Source: a virus | Lineage: Duplodnaviria > Heunggongvirae > Uroviricota > Caudoviricetes | IMG/VR virus record: IMGVR_UViG_3300020050_013219 | Direction: 5' to 3' (one strand) | Length of the DNA: 22,203 bases | Shown here: positions 1-7,632 of the stretch, piece by piece | Layout: every line of letters starts with the position of its first letter | Position numbering within the stretch: the stretch's first letter is position 1 | Notes under the pieces: generated by a model | Seen by the model: only the letters and a program-made list of their open reading frames with translations | What the model was told of the DNA's origin: nothing | The model's database searches: none | Program-made: the position numbers and the translations under genes

Positions 1-19
1 ACTACTTAACTAAAACAAC

Positions 20-448
20 ATGACAAACATAATTGAAATTATAACAAAAGACCTCATTGAGAAAAATGGTGGATGTGATGTAGAAGATATTTATAATGTT
101 CTTCTACAATTTAACACAATCAAGTTCACACGTACATTTATATGTGAAGAACTTAAAAAACTTACTGATATTGTAAGTGTAGAAGGTATTTATACTTTTC
201 CTGAAAGAGAAATATTCTTACCAAAAACTGCTTTAGCTGAAAAGTTAAGTAGAAATATTGGTAAAACAGTTGAAGTAGAATTTGGAGTAAAAAGAGGTGG
301 AACTGATACTTTGCAGTGTAAAATTCAAAGGATTGATACTATTGGTATGTGTCATGTTAAAAAGATTGATAATCAATTTAGACAATATTCAAATAGTAGA
401 TTGAAAATGGTAAAAATTGGAAATACAACATATAGATTGAAAAAATGA
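20..448 (+). CDS. Hypothetical phage protein, possibly N-terminal winged helix plus C-terminal SH3/Sm-like beta barrel
   Basis: 142-aa ORF with A-rich upstream context and ATGA overlap with the next gene. The fold guess rests only on the residue pattern (VEVEFGVKRGG...FRQY...KIGNTTY). Confidence 0.75.
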   Translation: MTNIIEIITKDLIEKNGGCDVEDIYNVLLQFNTIKFTRTFICEELKKLTDIVSVEGIYTFPEREIFLPKTALAEKLSRNIGKTVEVEFGVKRGGTDTLQCKIQRIDTIGMCHVKKIDNQFRQYSNSRLKMVKIGNTTYRLKK

Positions 449-729
449 TTACAAGCCATTTCATAAAATCTTATGAAAGTGGAATAATTACCTTGATAAT
501 TAATACTGAAGAACGTTGGTTAAATTATTGTAGATTTACTGATGAATTATTTGAAGTAGAAGATTATCAAGGTAATAAATTTCCATTAAAAGTAGAATTA
601 CCTTTGCAACCAAAAATGAGATATTCAATATCATCTATGCAAGAAAAAGACCAAATTATTTATTATTATATTCCACTTTATCTTATTATGGAAAAAGATA
701 AATGGGATAAAATTAAAGAAAAATTATGA
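445..729 (+). CDS. Hypothetical phage protein
   Basis: 94-aa ORF with ATGA overlaps at both ends; no recognisable motif. Confidence 0.75.
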   Translation: MITSHFIKSYESGIITLIINTEERWLNYCRFTDELFEVEDYQGNKFPLKVELPLQPKMRYSISSMQEKDQIIYYYIPLYLIMEKDKWDKIKEKL

Positions 730-947
730 CACCAGAACAAATATTAAATAACTACACAACTGTTATTGAAACGGAATTTGGATATACTGAAAATAAAATT
801 ATTCAAATGATGAAAGAATATGCTCATCTCATGTGTGAAAAACAAAAAATAATTTGTGCAGACATAATAAGATATAGTGATGATTATGACGGAGTACCAA
901 TTGATTATGAATCAATTATTCAATGTAAAAATGCAACTGAAATATGA
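726..947 (+). CDS. Hypothetical phage protein
   Basis: 73-aa ORF with ATGA overlaps at both ends. MTPEQIL...MKEYA...EKQK..CA is a pattern I associate with small Bacteroidota phage proteins. Confidence 0.75.
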   Translation: MTPEQILNNYTTVIETEFGYTENKIIQMMKEYAHLMCEKQKIICADIIRYSDDYDGVPIDYESIIQCKNATEI

Positions 948-1249
948 CAGGAGTAAAACATTCACAAGGAAAATTACCTTATTTTACAGTTCTTATTGAA
1001 CAATTTCCGTTAGCAATAAAAGAAGTTGTTAAAAGAGCTGAATATGGTCATCAAAAGTATATTGAAACAGATGCTGATTATAAAAATTGGCAAAGAATTG
1101 AAAATGCTGAAATGCAGTATAAAAATGCTGCAATGAGACATTTATTTCAAGATGGAGAAGAAAATGAAGATGAAATTCAGCATTTGGCAGCAGCTTGTTG
1201 GTCTTTACTTGCTGTTTTACAAATTAAATTAAATGGAACAAACTCTTAA
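944..1249 (+). CDS. dATP/dGTP diphosphohydrolase domain protein (DUF5664-like)
   Basis: Motifs match the family: G.KH..GK.P, EYGHQKY, NWQR, YKNAAMRHL, HLAAACWSLL. Confidence 0.8.
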   Translation: MTGVKHSQGKLPYFTVLIEQFPLAIKEVVKRAEYGHQKYIETDADYKNWQRIENAEMQYKNAAMRHLFQDGEENEDEIQHLAAACWSLLAVLQIKLNGTNS

Positions 1250-1739
1250 ATACGGCGATAAACATCCTTCAAAAGATAGTTATTTCATAGGATATAGGAC
1301 AACTAATGGTAAAAAAACTATAAAATGGTGTTCTAAAAAAGTTTTTGAAAAAAAGAATCTTAATAATACTCATCTTTGCAGTATTCATAGAAATAATAAT
1401 CCTTTTAAATATGCCATAATAAATATAGCAAGGAGAAGTAAAGATAAAGATATGAGCTTTAATGTTACTGAAGACTATTTAAAAGAACTTTGGGAAAAAC
1501 AGAAAGGACTTTGTCACTGGTTTAATGTACCTATGGACACTCAATCTAAAGAAAATTCTAAAAATCCTTTGAAATTTTCAGTGGATAGATTAGACAATAG
1601 TAAAGGATATATAATAGGAAATGTAGTATTAGCTTGTTATGCTGCTAATATGGGTAGAAATACTTGTACTATTGAATTGTGGGAACAATTTTTAAACCAA
1701 CTAAAACTAAGTGTCGCAGGAAAAACCAGTCAAAAGTGA
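1233..1739 (+). CDS. HNH-like (His-Me finger) endonuclease, probable free-standing homing endonuclease
   Basis: LWEKQKGLCHW...SVDRLDNSKGYIIGNVVLACYAANMGRN motif; overlaps the upstream gene by 17 nt. Confidence 0.8.
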   Translation: MEQTLKYGDKHPSKDSYFIGYRTTNGKKTIKWCSKKVFEKKNLNNTHLCSIHRNNNPFKYAIINIARRSKDKDMSFNVTEDYLKELWEKQKGLCHWFNVPMDTQSKENSKNPLKFSVDRLDNSKGYIIGNVVLACYAANMGRNTCTIELWEQFLNQLKLSVAGKTSQK

Positions 1740-1772
1740 TGAAATTCCACCACAAACTAATGAGACATCAAA

Positions 1773-2108
1773 ATGACCATTGAAGAAATACAACAAAATA
1801 AAAAAGTAACAAAAGCTGATATTAAATTTCTTGAAGAATATATTTACGATATTGGTAAAGAAATTACATTTGAGAATGTATTTTCAGAAGAAAATGTTAC
1901 TTGTACAGGATATTTAGCAGGTTTAATCAAATTTGTATTTGACTTATCAGCTTGTCAAGTAAAATATGGAGATGGGCAAATGTTAAAAGATGCTTTATCA
2001 ACAATACATGAAAAGCTCACTCCAAGAAATTGGGTGAGTAAATTTGATAGAGCAAGATATTTGATATTAAAATTAGATGCAGATATTTATAGAAAACTAA
2101 TTGATTGA
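1773..2108 (+). CDS. Hypothetical phage protein
   Basis: 111-aa ORF with typical codon usage; no recognisable family. Confidence 0.75.
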   Translation: MTIEEIQQNKKVTKADIKFLEEYIYDIGKEITFENVFSEENVTCTGYLAGLIKFVFDLSACQVKYGDGQMLKDALSTIHEKLTPRNWVSKFDRARYLILKLDADIYRKLID

Positions 2109-2173
2109 TGAAAATAGAATAGGATTACTACAAACTTTGGAATGTAGTCTATAAGTATCAATCTCAAATTTCT

Positions 2174-2608
2174 ATGAACTCAAATCTATATAAACAATTT
2201 TATATAGATGTATCAGATGCTTGGCATGGATTTTCTGTTGAACTTATAGATTTTGATAAAGAAGTAATTGAACAGTTAGTTGAATATAAAACAGGACATT
2301 TATCTACTTTAAAGAAAGATTTAGAAACTGTTAAAAATGATTTGACAGACTATAATAAAAATCTTTTAGAACAAATAGATGCCATAGAAAAACGTCATTC
2401 TGAAAACATAGAGTCTTTAAAAACTTCTCATCAAAAAGAAATTGAAATTATTAAAAAAGAAAGCGAAGATAAAATTAATGCTTTGCTTTCTCTTTTAGTA
2501 AAATGTACAATGAAAGTAGAAAATTGGAATAAAGATGAACTTTTCAACATTCTTGTTAAGCAAGAAGAATTATTGTTGGAAAAAAGAATTAACGAACTAA
2601 TTAAATAA
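2174..2608 (+). CDS. Coiled-coil hypothetical protein; the true start may be ATG 2108 with an in-frame TAG at 2120-2122
   Basis: Heptad-rich, charged middle region. The frame stays open upstream to TAG 2120-2122 and to an ATG at 2108 that overlaps the previous stop (TGATG). Confidence 0.8.
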   Translation: MNSNLYKQFYIDVSDAWHGFSVELIDFDKEVIEQLVEYKTGHLSTLKKDLETVKNDLTDYNKNLLEQIDAIEKRHSENIESLKTSHQKEIEIIKKESEDKINALLSLLVKCTMKVENWNKDELFNILVKQEELLLEKRINELIK

Positions 2609-4342
2609 ATGCCTTTTAGAACTGAATTTAGCAAAAACATTTTTAATTACAAGTACAAGCATGAAAAAGCTGAAACTTGGGAACAACTTAGCAAAACTTT
2701 AATTGAAGATGTATGTGGAGGACTTTTACCTCAAGAAGAAATTGATGAATTGATTAAATATCATTCTGAAATGAAATTTATTGCAGGTGGAAGATACTTA
2801 TATTATGCAGGAAGATTAAATAAGTTTTTCAATAATTGTTTTTTACTAAAAGCTTGTGTTGATAATAGAGAAGATTGGGCAGATTTATCTTGGAAATCTG
2901 AATCTTGTCTTATGACAGGAGGAGGGATTGGAGTGGACTATTCTGTTTATAGACCAAAAGGTACTATAATCAAAAGAACTGGTGGACATGCTTCAGGAAC
3001 AGTCTCAAAAATGGAAATGATTAATGAAATTGGTAGAAGAGTAATGCAGGGTGGTTCAAGAAGGTCAGCTATTTACGCCTCATTAAATTGGAAACATGGA
3101 GATGTTGAAGAATTTTTACATGCTAAAGATTGGTATAATATGCCAGTATCAGGAGCTTTTGATGAAAATGGTAATCAAATCACTATCGGTAAGTTAAAAG
3201 AACTTGATTTTAATTATCACGCTCCTCTTGATATGACAAATGTTTCTTTAAATTATGATAATGAGTTTCTTGAAGAAATTTATGGAAAAACTTTTGATGA
3301 ATTAAAAGAAATTTATAAAACAGAAGGAGTTATGGGAATTTTTAATCTTCCGATAATTTCTTTACCTATTATCTTTATTGAAAATTGCAGACAAGCATTG
3401 AAAACAGGAGAACCTGGACATAGTTTTAACTTCTTTGAAAAAGTAATGGAAACATTAAGAAATGCGTGCTGCGAAGTTACAAGCTCTGATGACAGTGATG
3501 TTTGTAATTTAGGTTCTGTAAATATGTCAAGAATTGACAATATTGAAGAATTTGAAAGAGTTAATTATTTAGCATCTAAATTCTTAGTTTGTGGAACTTT
3601 AAAAGCTACTTTACCGTACCAAAAGATTTATGAAGTAAGAGAGAAAAACAGAAGATTAGGTTTAGGTTTAATGGGTGTACATGAATGGTTGCTGCAAAGA
3701 AATTACAAATATGAAGTTACTACTGAATTACATGATTGGTTAAAAGTTTATAAAGAACAAAGTGAGATTGGTGCTAATCAATTATGTAAACAGTTAAACA
3801 TTTCAAAACCAGTAGCTTATAGAGCTATTGCACCAACAGGGACAATAGGAATTATGGCAGGAACAACTACGGGAATTGAACCATTATTTGCAGTAGCTTA
3901 CAAAAGAAGATATTTAAAAGGTAATAAAGAATGGCACTATCAATATGTAATTGATGGAACTGCTAAACTTCTTATCAGTAAATATGGAATACATCCTGAT
4001 AATATTGAAACAGCACTTTCTTTATCAAATGATTATGAAAGAAGAATTAAATTTCAAGCTGATATTCAAGATTATGTGGATATGAGTATTTCTTCAACAA
4101 TTAATTTACCTTCTTGGAATACACCGTTAAATAATGAAAGTAGAGTTAAAGACTTTGCTATGACTTTGGCTAAATATGCTGTAAGATTAAGAGGTTTTAC
4201 TTGCTATCCTGATGGTAGTAGAGGTGGACAACCCTTAACAATAGTAGATTATAATGAGGCAAAGGAAATGGAAGGTCAAGAATTTAAAGAAGAATTTTTT
4301 GATGTCTGTGACCTCGCACATTCAGGCACTTGTGGTGTATAA
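2609..4342 (+). CDS. nrdJ: Class II (adenosylcobalamin-dependent) ribonucleotide reductase, short phage type without ATP-cone
   Basis: FIAGGR, NNCF, GGGIGVDYS, GEPG, RNACCE (thiyl-radical Cys), VCNLGSVN, RRLGLGLMG, IAPTGTIG, ISSTINLP, RGFTCYPDGSR (no class I YY pair), and a C-terminal Cys pair CDLAHSGTCGV. No nrdB gene lies in the window. Confidence 0.9.
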   Translation: MPFRTEFSKNIFNYKYKHEKAETWEQLSKTLIEDVCGGLLPQEEIDELIKYHSEMKFIAGGRYLYYAGRLNKFFNNCFLLKACVDNREDWADLSWKSESCLMTGGGIGVDYSVYRPKGTIIKRTGGHASGTVSKMEMINEIGRRVMQGGSRRSAIYASLNWKHGDVEEFLHAKDWYNMPVSGAFDENGNQITIGKLKELDFNYHAPLDMTNVSLNYDNEFLEEIYGKTFDELKEIYKTEGVMGIFNLPIISLPIIFIENCRQALKTGEPGHSFNFFEKVMETLRNACCEVTSSDDSDVCNLGSVNMSRIDNIEEFERVNYLASKFLVCGTLKATLPYQKIYEVREKNRRLGLGLMGVHEWLLQRNYKYEVTTELHDWLKVYKEQSEIGANQLCKQLNISKPVAYRAIAPTGTIGIMAGTTTGIEPLFAVAYKRRYLKGNKEWHYQYVIDGTAKLLISKYGIHPDNIETALSLSNDYERRIKFQADIQDYVDMSISSTINLPSWNTPLNNESRVKDFAMTLAKYAVRLRGFTCYPDGSRGGQPLTIVDYNEAKEMEGQEFKEEFFDVCDLAHSGTCGV

Positions 4343-4353
4343 CTAATTTTTTA

Positions 4354-4938
4354 ATGAGTAATGTAGGAAGACCTAAAAATTCAAAATATAAAATAGAAGA
4401 TTATATAGGACAAACTATTAATAGATGGACTATTATAGGATTCTCTCACTTAAATAATAAAGGTGAGCAGTATTGGGATGTAAAATGCTCTTGTGGAAAT
4501 ACCGCAAAAACCAGAGTTTATCCATTAGTAAAAGGTAAATCTTGCGGTTGTAAATCTTGCAGACCACAATCTACAATTATGGTACTTGAAGGTTGGAATC
4601 CAAGTATGGTATTTTCTTCCCAATATTATTACTCTATTATGAGTGGAGCTTCTATTAGAAATTTAGAATTTTTAGTCTCTCCTACTTATATCAATGAGTT
4701 ATTTATAAAACAAAAAGGTAAGTGTGCTTTATCAGATATAGATTTAACTTTTAGTAAAAGATTTAAAAACCACGATGGAAATGCTTCTTTAGATAGAATT
4801 GATTCTAAATTAGGTTATATTGAAGGAAATATTCAGTGGGTACATAAGACTATAAACAGTATGAAGTTGAATCTTGATGAAAATGTATTTTTAGATTTTT
4901 GTAGAAAGATAACCATTAAGAATTTTAATCTATTATGA
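4354..4938 (+). CDS. HNH-like endonuclease with N-terminal Cys-rich DNA-binding module, probable free-standing homing endonuclease
   Basis: IGQTINRWTII...WDVKCSCG...GKSCGC N-terminus; KQKGKCALS...SLDRIDSKLGYIEGNIQWVHKTINSMK C-terminus. ATG 4354 is preferred over the TTG at 4330 in the ORF track. Confidence 0.82.
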   Translation: MSNVGRPKNSKYKIEDYIGQTINRWTIIGFSHLNNKGEQYWDVKCSCGNTAKTRVYPLVKGKSCGCKSCRPQSTIMVLEGWNPSMVFSSQYYYSIMSGASIRNLEFLVSPTYINELFIKQKGKCALSDIDLTFSKRFKNHDGNASLDRIDSKLGYIEGNIQWVHKTINSMKLNLDENVFLDFCRKITIKNFNLL

Positions 4939-5048
4939 AAACATGCGATGACTGTGGTAAAAACCACAACAACGGTAAATGTCCTAAATGTGGTAGTAGA
5001 AATGCTACCACATGGGAGGATGAAAGTGTTAAAAAAAGAAAAAGATAA
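4935..5048 (+). CDS. 37-aa zinc-ribbon miniprotein (absent from the ORF track)
   Basis: Hand translation gives MKTCDDCGKNHNNGKCPKCGSRNATTWEDESVKKRKR*. It has a CxxC-x8-CPxCG motif and its ATG overlaps the HNH stop (ATGA), as in neighbouring genes. Confidence 0.75.
   Translation: MKTCDDCGKNHNNGKCPKCGSRNATTWEDESVKKRKR
4953..5013 (+). other. Two adjacent hairpins inside the zinc-ribbon ORF
   Basis: TGTGGT-AAAA-ACCACA (4953-4968), and ATGTGGTAGTA-GAAA-TGCTACCACAT (4988-5013), an 11-bp stem with one G-U pair and a GNRA loop. Confidence 0.55.
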
Positions 5049-5081
5049 ATATAACAATAAACCATTTCCACATATAACAAA

Positions 5082-5318
5082 ATGATTTATTTATTTACAA
5101 GTGATGGACACAGAGATAGTGTTAATCTTAATAATTATGCAACAACAGAACAGGAACTAATTCAACTTGTTCAAAAACATTATGAAGAAATTTATTGGGA
5201 TGCTAAAATATTAGAACATAAAGTAGATTTCTTTGAAAATCAAATAGTTACAAGCTATTTAGAATATGGTGTGTTAGAAACACATATTACTCATTTCTTT
5301 ACAGTTGATAAAATATGA
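5082..5318 (+). CDS. Hypothetical phage protein
   Basis: 78-aa ORF, A-rich start, ATGA overlap downstream. Confidence 0.75.
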   Translation: MIYLFTSDGHRDSVNLNNYATTEQELIQLVQKHYEEIYWDAKILEHKVDFFENQIVTSYLEYGVLETHITHFFTVDKI

Positions 5319-5617
5319 TAGAATCAAACAAATTAATGGCTAAATTTCTTGGTTGGAAAGTAGATTATGGAGATAAATGGATAACAAACCATAATCAAGT
5401 AGAATTTGAATATGATTTTCAATTTGATACAGATTGGAATTGGCTTATGTCAGTTGTTGAAAAGATTGAAGATTTAGGTTTTACTGTTCATATTGGAGGA
5501 CACATGTGTAAAATAGAAAATATTGAGCAAATGATAAAAGCAATTACTTTGCAACCAACAAAAATACAAGCAGTTTATTCAGCTTGTTTACAATTTATAC
5601 AAAATGAAAACAAATGA
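5315..5617 (+). CDS. Conserved Bacteroidota-phage protein, phage ABA-sandwich-like
   Basis: NKLMAKFLGW...FDTDWNWLMSVVEKIE...KIQAVYSACLQFI pattern. The family assignment is from memory of similar proteins. Confidence 0.6.
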   Translation: MIESNKLMAKFLGWKVDYGDKWITNHNQVEFEYDFQFDTDWNWLMSVVEKIEDLGFTVHIGGHMCKIENIEQMIKAITLQPTKIQAVYSACLQFIQNENK

Positions 5618-5804
5618 TTCAAAATTATTACTGAAAGAATTACATGCTATGTATTCAACAATACCTGACAGATATGATTATGAAAAAAACACTTCTGAAA
5701 TAGAAATATTAGAAAGTCAATTAAAAACAGCTTATGAGAATATTGACAAACTGAAAGACATTCTAATACAACTCATTAATTATTTAGATGAAAACAACAA
5801 TTAG
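5604..5804 (+). CDS. Small coiled-coil hypothetical protein
   Basis: 66-aa ORF overlapping both neighbours; the only called gene ending in TAG. Confidence 0.7.
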   Translation: MKTNDSKLLLKELHAMYSTIPDRYDYEKNTSEIEILESQLKTAYENIDKLKDILIQLINYLDENNN

Positions 5805-6036
5805 ATTTATTATTGAATTAGAAATGGAAGTAGAAATTGAAACTACTTTAAAATCAGGATATTACGAATTTGATGATTATGAGGAAGAAGAACATATCAA
5901 AGATGAACTTGATAGGATTCAAGAAGAAATTATTGACAATATAGATATTCCTGAAAATGAACAGTGTCAATATGTTAAACAGTCATTAAACTTTACAACT
6001 TTACAAATATGGCAAGCACAGCAACAATCAGAATAA
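5788..6036 (+). CDS. Highly acidic hypothetical protein
   Basis: 82 aa with about 22 D/E versus 6 K/R (hand count). Confidence 0.7.
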   Translation: MKTTIRFIIELEMEVEIETTLKSGYYEFDDYEEEEHIKDELDRIQEEIIDNIDIPENEQCQYVKQSLNFTTLQIWQAQQQSE

Positions 6037-6365
6037 TTCAAAATAATCAACTTTATGTAACTTTTCATGTTCAATGTGATGGTTTATATTGGGTTTTAGG
6101 CAAAGAAATAGCTGAAAAGTTAATCGAAATACAAAATAATCAAGATATTGAAAGAGTAAGAGAAGTAGTTAAAATATTAACTTTACATTTTCTACAAAAA
6201 GACACAATTGATATTGTACTAAATGGAGTTTATAATTCAGGAGACGATGTTTATGATATTGTACTAAATGATTGTGAAGTTTATAATTACACACTTAGTA
6301 TAAAATACAATAATAAATTTATGAAACTAAAAGAATTTCACAAATATGTTACAAGCAATACTTGA
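6009..6365 (+). CDS. Hypothetical phage protein resembling the MGTR...HxDGYP phage family
   Basis: MASTATIRI...FHVQCDGLYWVLGKEI N-terminus; degenerate match only. Confidence 0.65.
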   Translation: MASTATIRIIQNNQLYVTFHVQCDGLYWVLGKEIAEKLIEIQNNQDIERVREVVKILTLHFLQKDTIDIVLNGVYNSGDDVYDIVLNDCEVYNYTLSIKYNNKFMKLKEFHKYVTSNT

Positions 6366-6573
6366 TAAGTACATCAATTCAGAGGTGTCCAATAGCCTCA
6401 AAATTCACACCAATTCTGAAATGAGTAAAGCTATCATTGAGACATTTAAGTTGATTATAGAGGACATAGATATGCTTATAACCAATTCTGATGATGACAT
6501 TTGCAGAAATAAATATCCTGCTTTATTTGTAAGAGATTTAATTGAACAATATTACAACGAACAATGCAAATAA
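6346..6573 (+). CDS. Hypothetical phage protein
   Basis: 75-aa ORF overlapping the upstream gene. Confidence 0.65.
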   Translation: MLQAILDKYINSEVSNSLKIHTNSEMSKAIIETFKLIIEDIDMLITNSDDDICRNKYPALFVRDLIEQYYNEQCK

Positions 6574-6601
6574 AAACAAAATCAGAATTATTAAATTCAT
6601 T

Positions 6602-7372
6602 ATGAGTAAAATTCAAGAAATAGAAAAAGCTTTAGAACAAGCTAAAAAAGAAGAGCAATTAAAATATAGACTATCTGAACTTGAGCAATTAAATAAAGAT
6701 TTTCTTGGTAAATGTTTTGGAACTCATACTTTTGATAGAAATCACGCAGCAGCTCACATGAGTGCTGTTTATTATGAGAGATTTTACATAGAAGATAATG
6801 AAGTTTATGTAACAGAACATAAAATTAGTTTAACTCACATGGATGCTCATTATAAAAAATCTATGAAACAGATTAATTATGATAGAAATATTCATAATAG
6901 AGTTTTAAGTGGTAATCGGTATAATGCTCAATATAATCTTCAGCCAGGTTATTCAAACTTCACAAAAGAAATTTCATTTATCAAATTTAAAGAACTTTGG
7001 GAATGTGGAGAAGAAGCTAATATTATCATTAAAAATGCTTTTAGAGGTAAATTTCCTGAATTAGAAATGGAACGGATTAGTCAAGGAGACCATGATGCTG
7101 AAAGAGAAATTGATAACTGTATATCTGAAATGGGAATTGAAATCCTTGATTTCAAAAATTACCCAATAGTTCATAGAGTTATTGAATTTAGAAGGTTACC
7201 ATTGTTTGATAGAAGAAGGTATTTGCCAAAACTTTATGCTTCACCTATATTGAAGTGGTTAATAAAAGAACTTAAAAAAGATGCTGCTTCTCCTTTTACT
7301 TCTTACAGAAAAAGAGATTCTATTTTAGAAGATATTCAAATTCTACAAAACTTTATAAATAATAGTTTATGA
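6602..7372 (+). CDS. Hypothetical phage protein (257 aa from ATG 6602)
   Basis: Long ORF with phage-typical codon usage. ATG 6602 is preferred over the TTG at 6542, which overlaps the upstream gene. Confidence 0.8.
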   Translation: MSKIQEIEKALEQAKKEEQLKYRLSELEQLNKDFLGKCFGTHTFDRNHAAAHMSAVYYERFYIEDNEVYVTEHKISLTHMDAHYKKSMKQINYDRNIHNRVLSGNRYNAQYNLQPGYSNFTKEISFIKFKELWECGEEANIIIKNAFRGKFPELEMERISQGDHDAEREIDNCISEMGIEILDFKNYPIVHRVIEFRRLPLFDRRRYLPKLYASPILKWLIKELKKDAASPFTSYRKRDSILEDIQILQNFINNSL

Positions 7373-7632
7373 ACTTAACACAACAAATCCAAACATTCAA
7401 TACCTTTACATCAAAAGGTAAAAGAGCTGAAACAAAAGGAAGAGTAGTTTTTACTCTTCCTAAATTAAAGAAAGAAGAACATGATGAATTTTATAAAGCA
7501 ATTTATCAGCCAATTTCTTCTGCTGAATTTAATCCAGAAACAAAAACTTATACTTATGTTATAAACAGAAAATCTGGAATTGTTGAAATTAATCTAATTG
7601 AGAAAAGAAAATATGAACGAAAAATTAAATAA
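7369..7632 (+). CDS. Basic hypothetical protein
   Basis: 87-aa ORF with ATGA overlap upstream. Confidence 0.7.
   Translation: MNLTQQIQTFNTFTSKGKRAETKGRVVFTLPKLKKEEHDEFYKAIYQPISSAEFNPETKTYTYVINRKSGIVEINLIEKRKYERKIK

Noticed and set aside
1739-1783. His-rich 14-aa ORF MKFHHKLMRHQNDH starting in a TGATG overlap
   Set aside because: Too short to support; it overlaps the next gene out of frame, and an alternative frame ending in an ATGA overlap explains the region better.
2431-2640. Minus-strand 69-aa ORF
   Set aside because: Antisense shadow of the coiled-coil gene and the nrdJ start; low-complexity L/S/F composition.
3313-3540. Minus-strand 75-aa ORF
   Set aside because: Lies wholly within the nrdJ catalytic region on the opposite strand.
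2609-4342. Intein in nrdJ, or a class I RNR alpha subunit
   Set aside because: The length (577 aa) leaves no room for an intein and no splicing motifs are visible. There is no C-terminal YY pair and no beta-subunit gene in the window.
4343-5013. Group I intron carrying the HNH gene
   Set aside because: nrdJ ends with its normal Cys pair and stop, only 11 nt separate it from the HNH ATG, and no P3-P7 core was recognisable.
4833-5057. Minus-strand 74-aa ORF
   Set aside because: Antisense to the HNH gene and the zinc-ribbon ORF, which have clear motifs and coupling.
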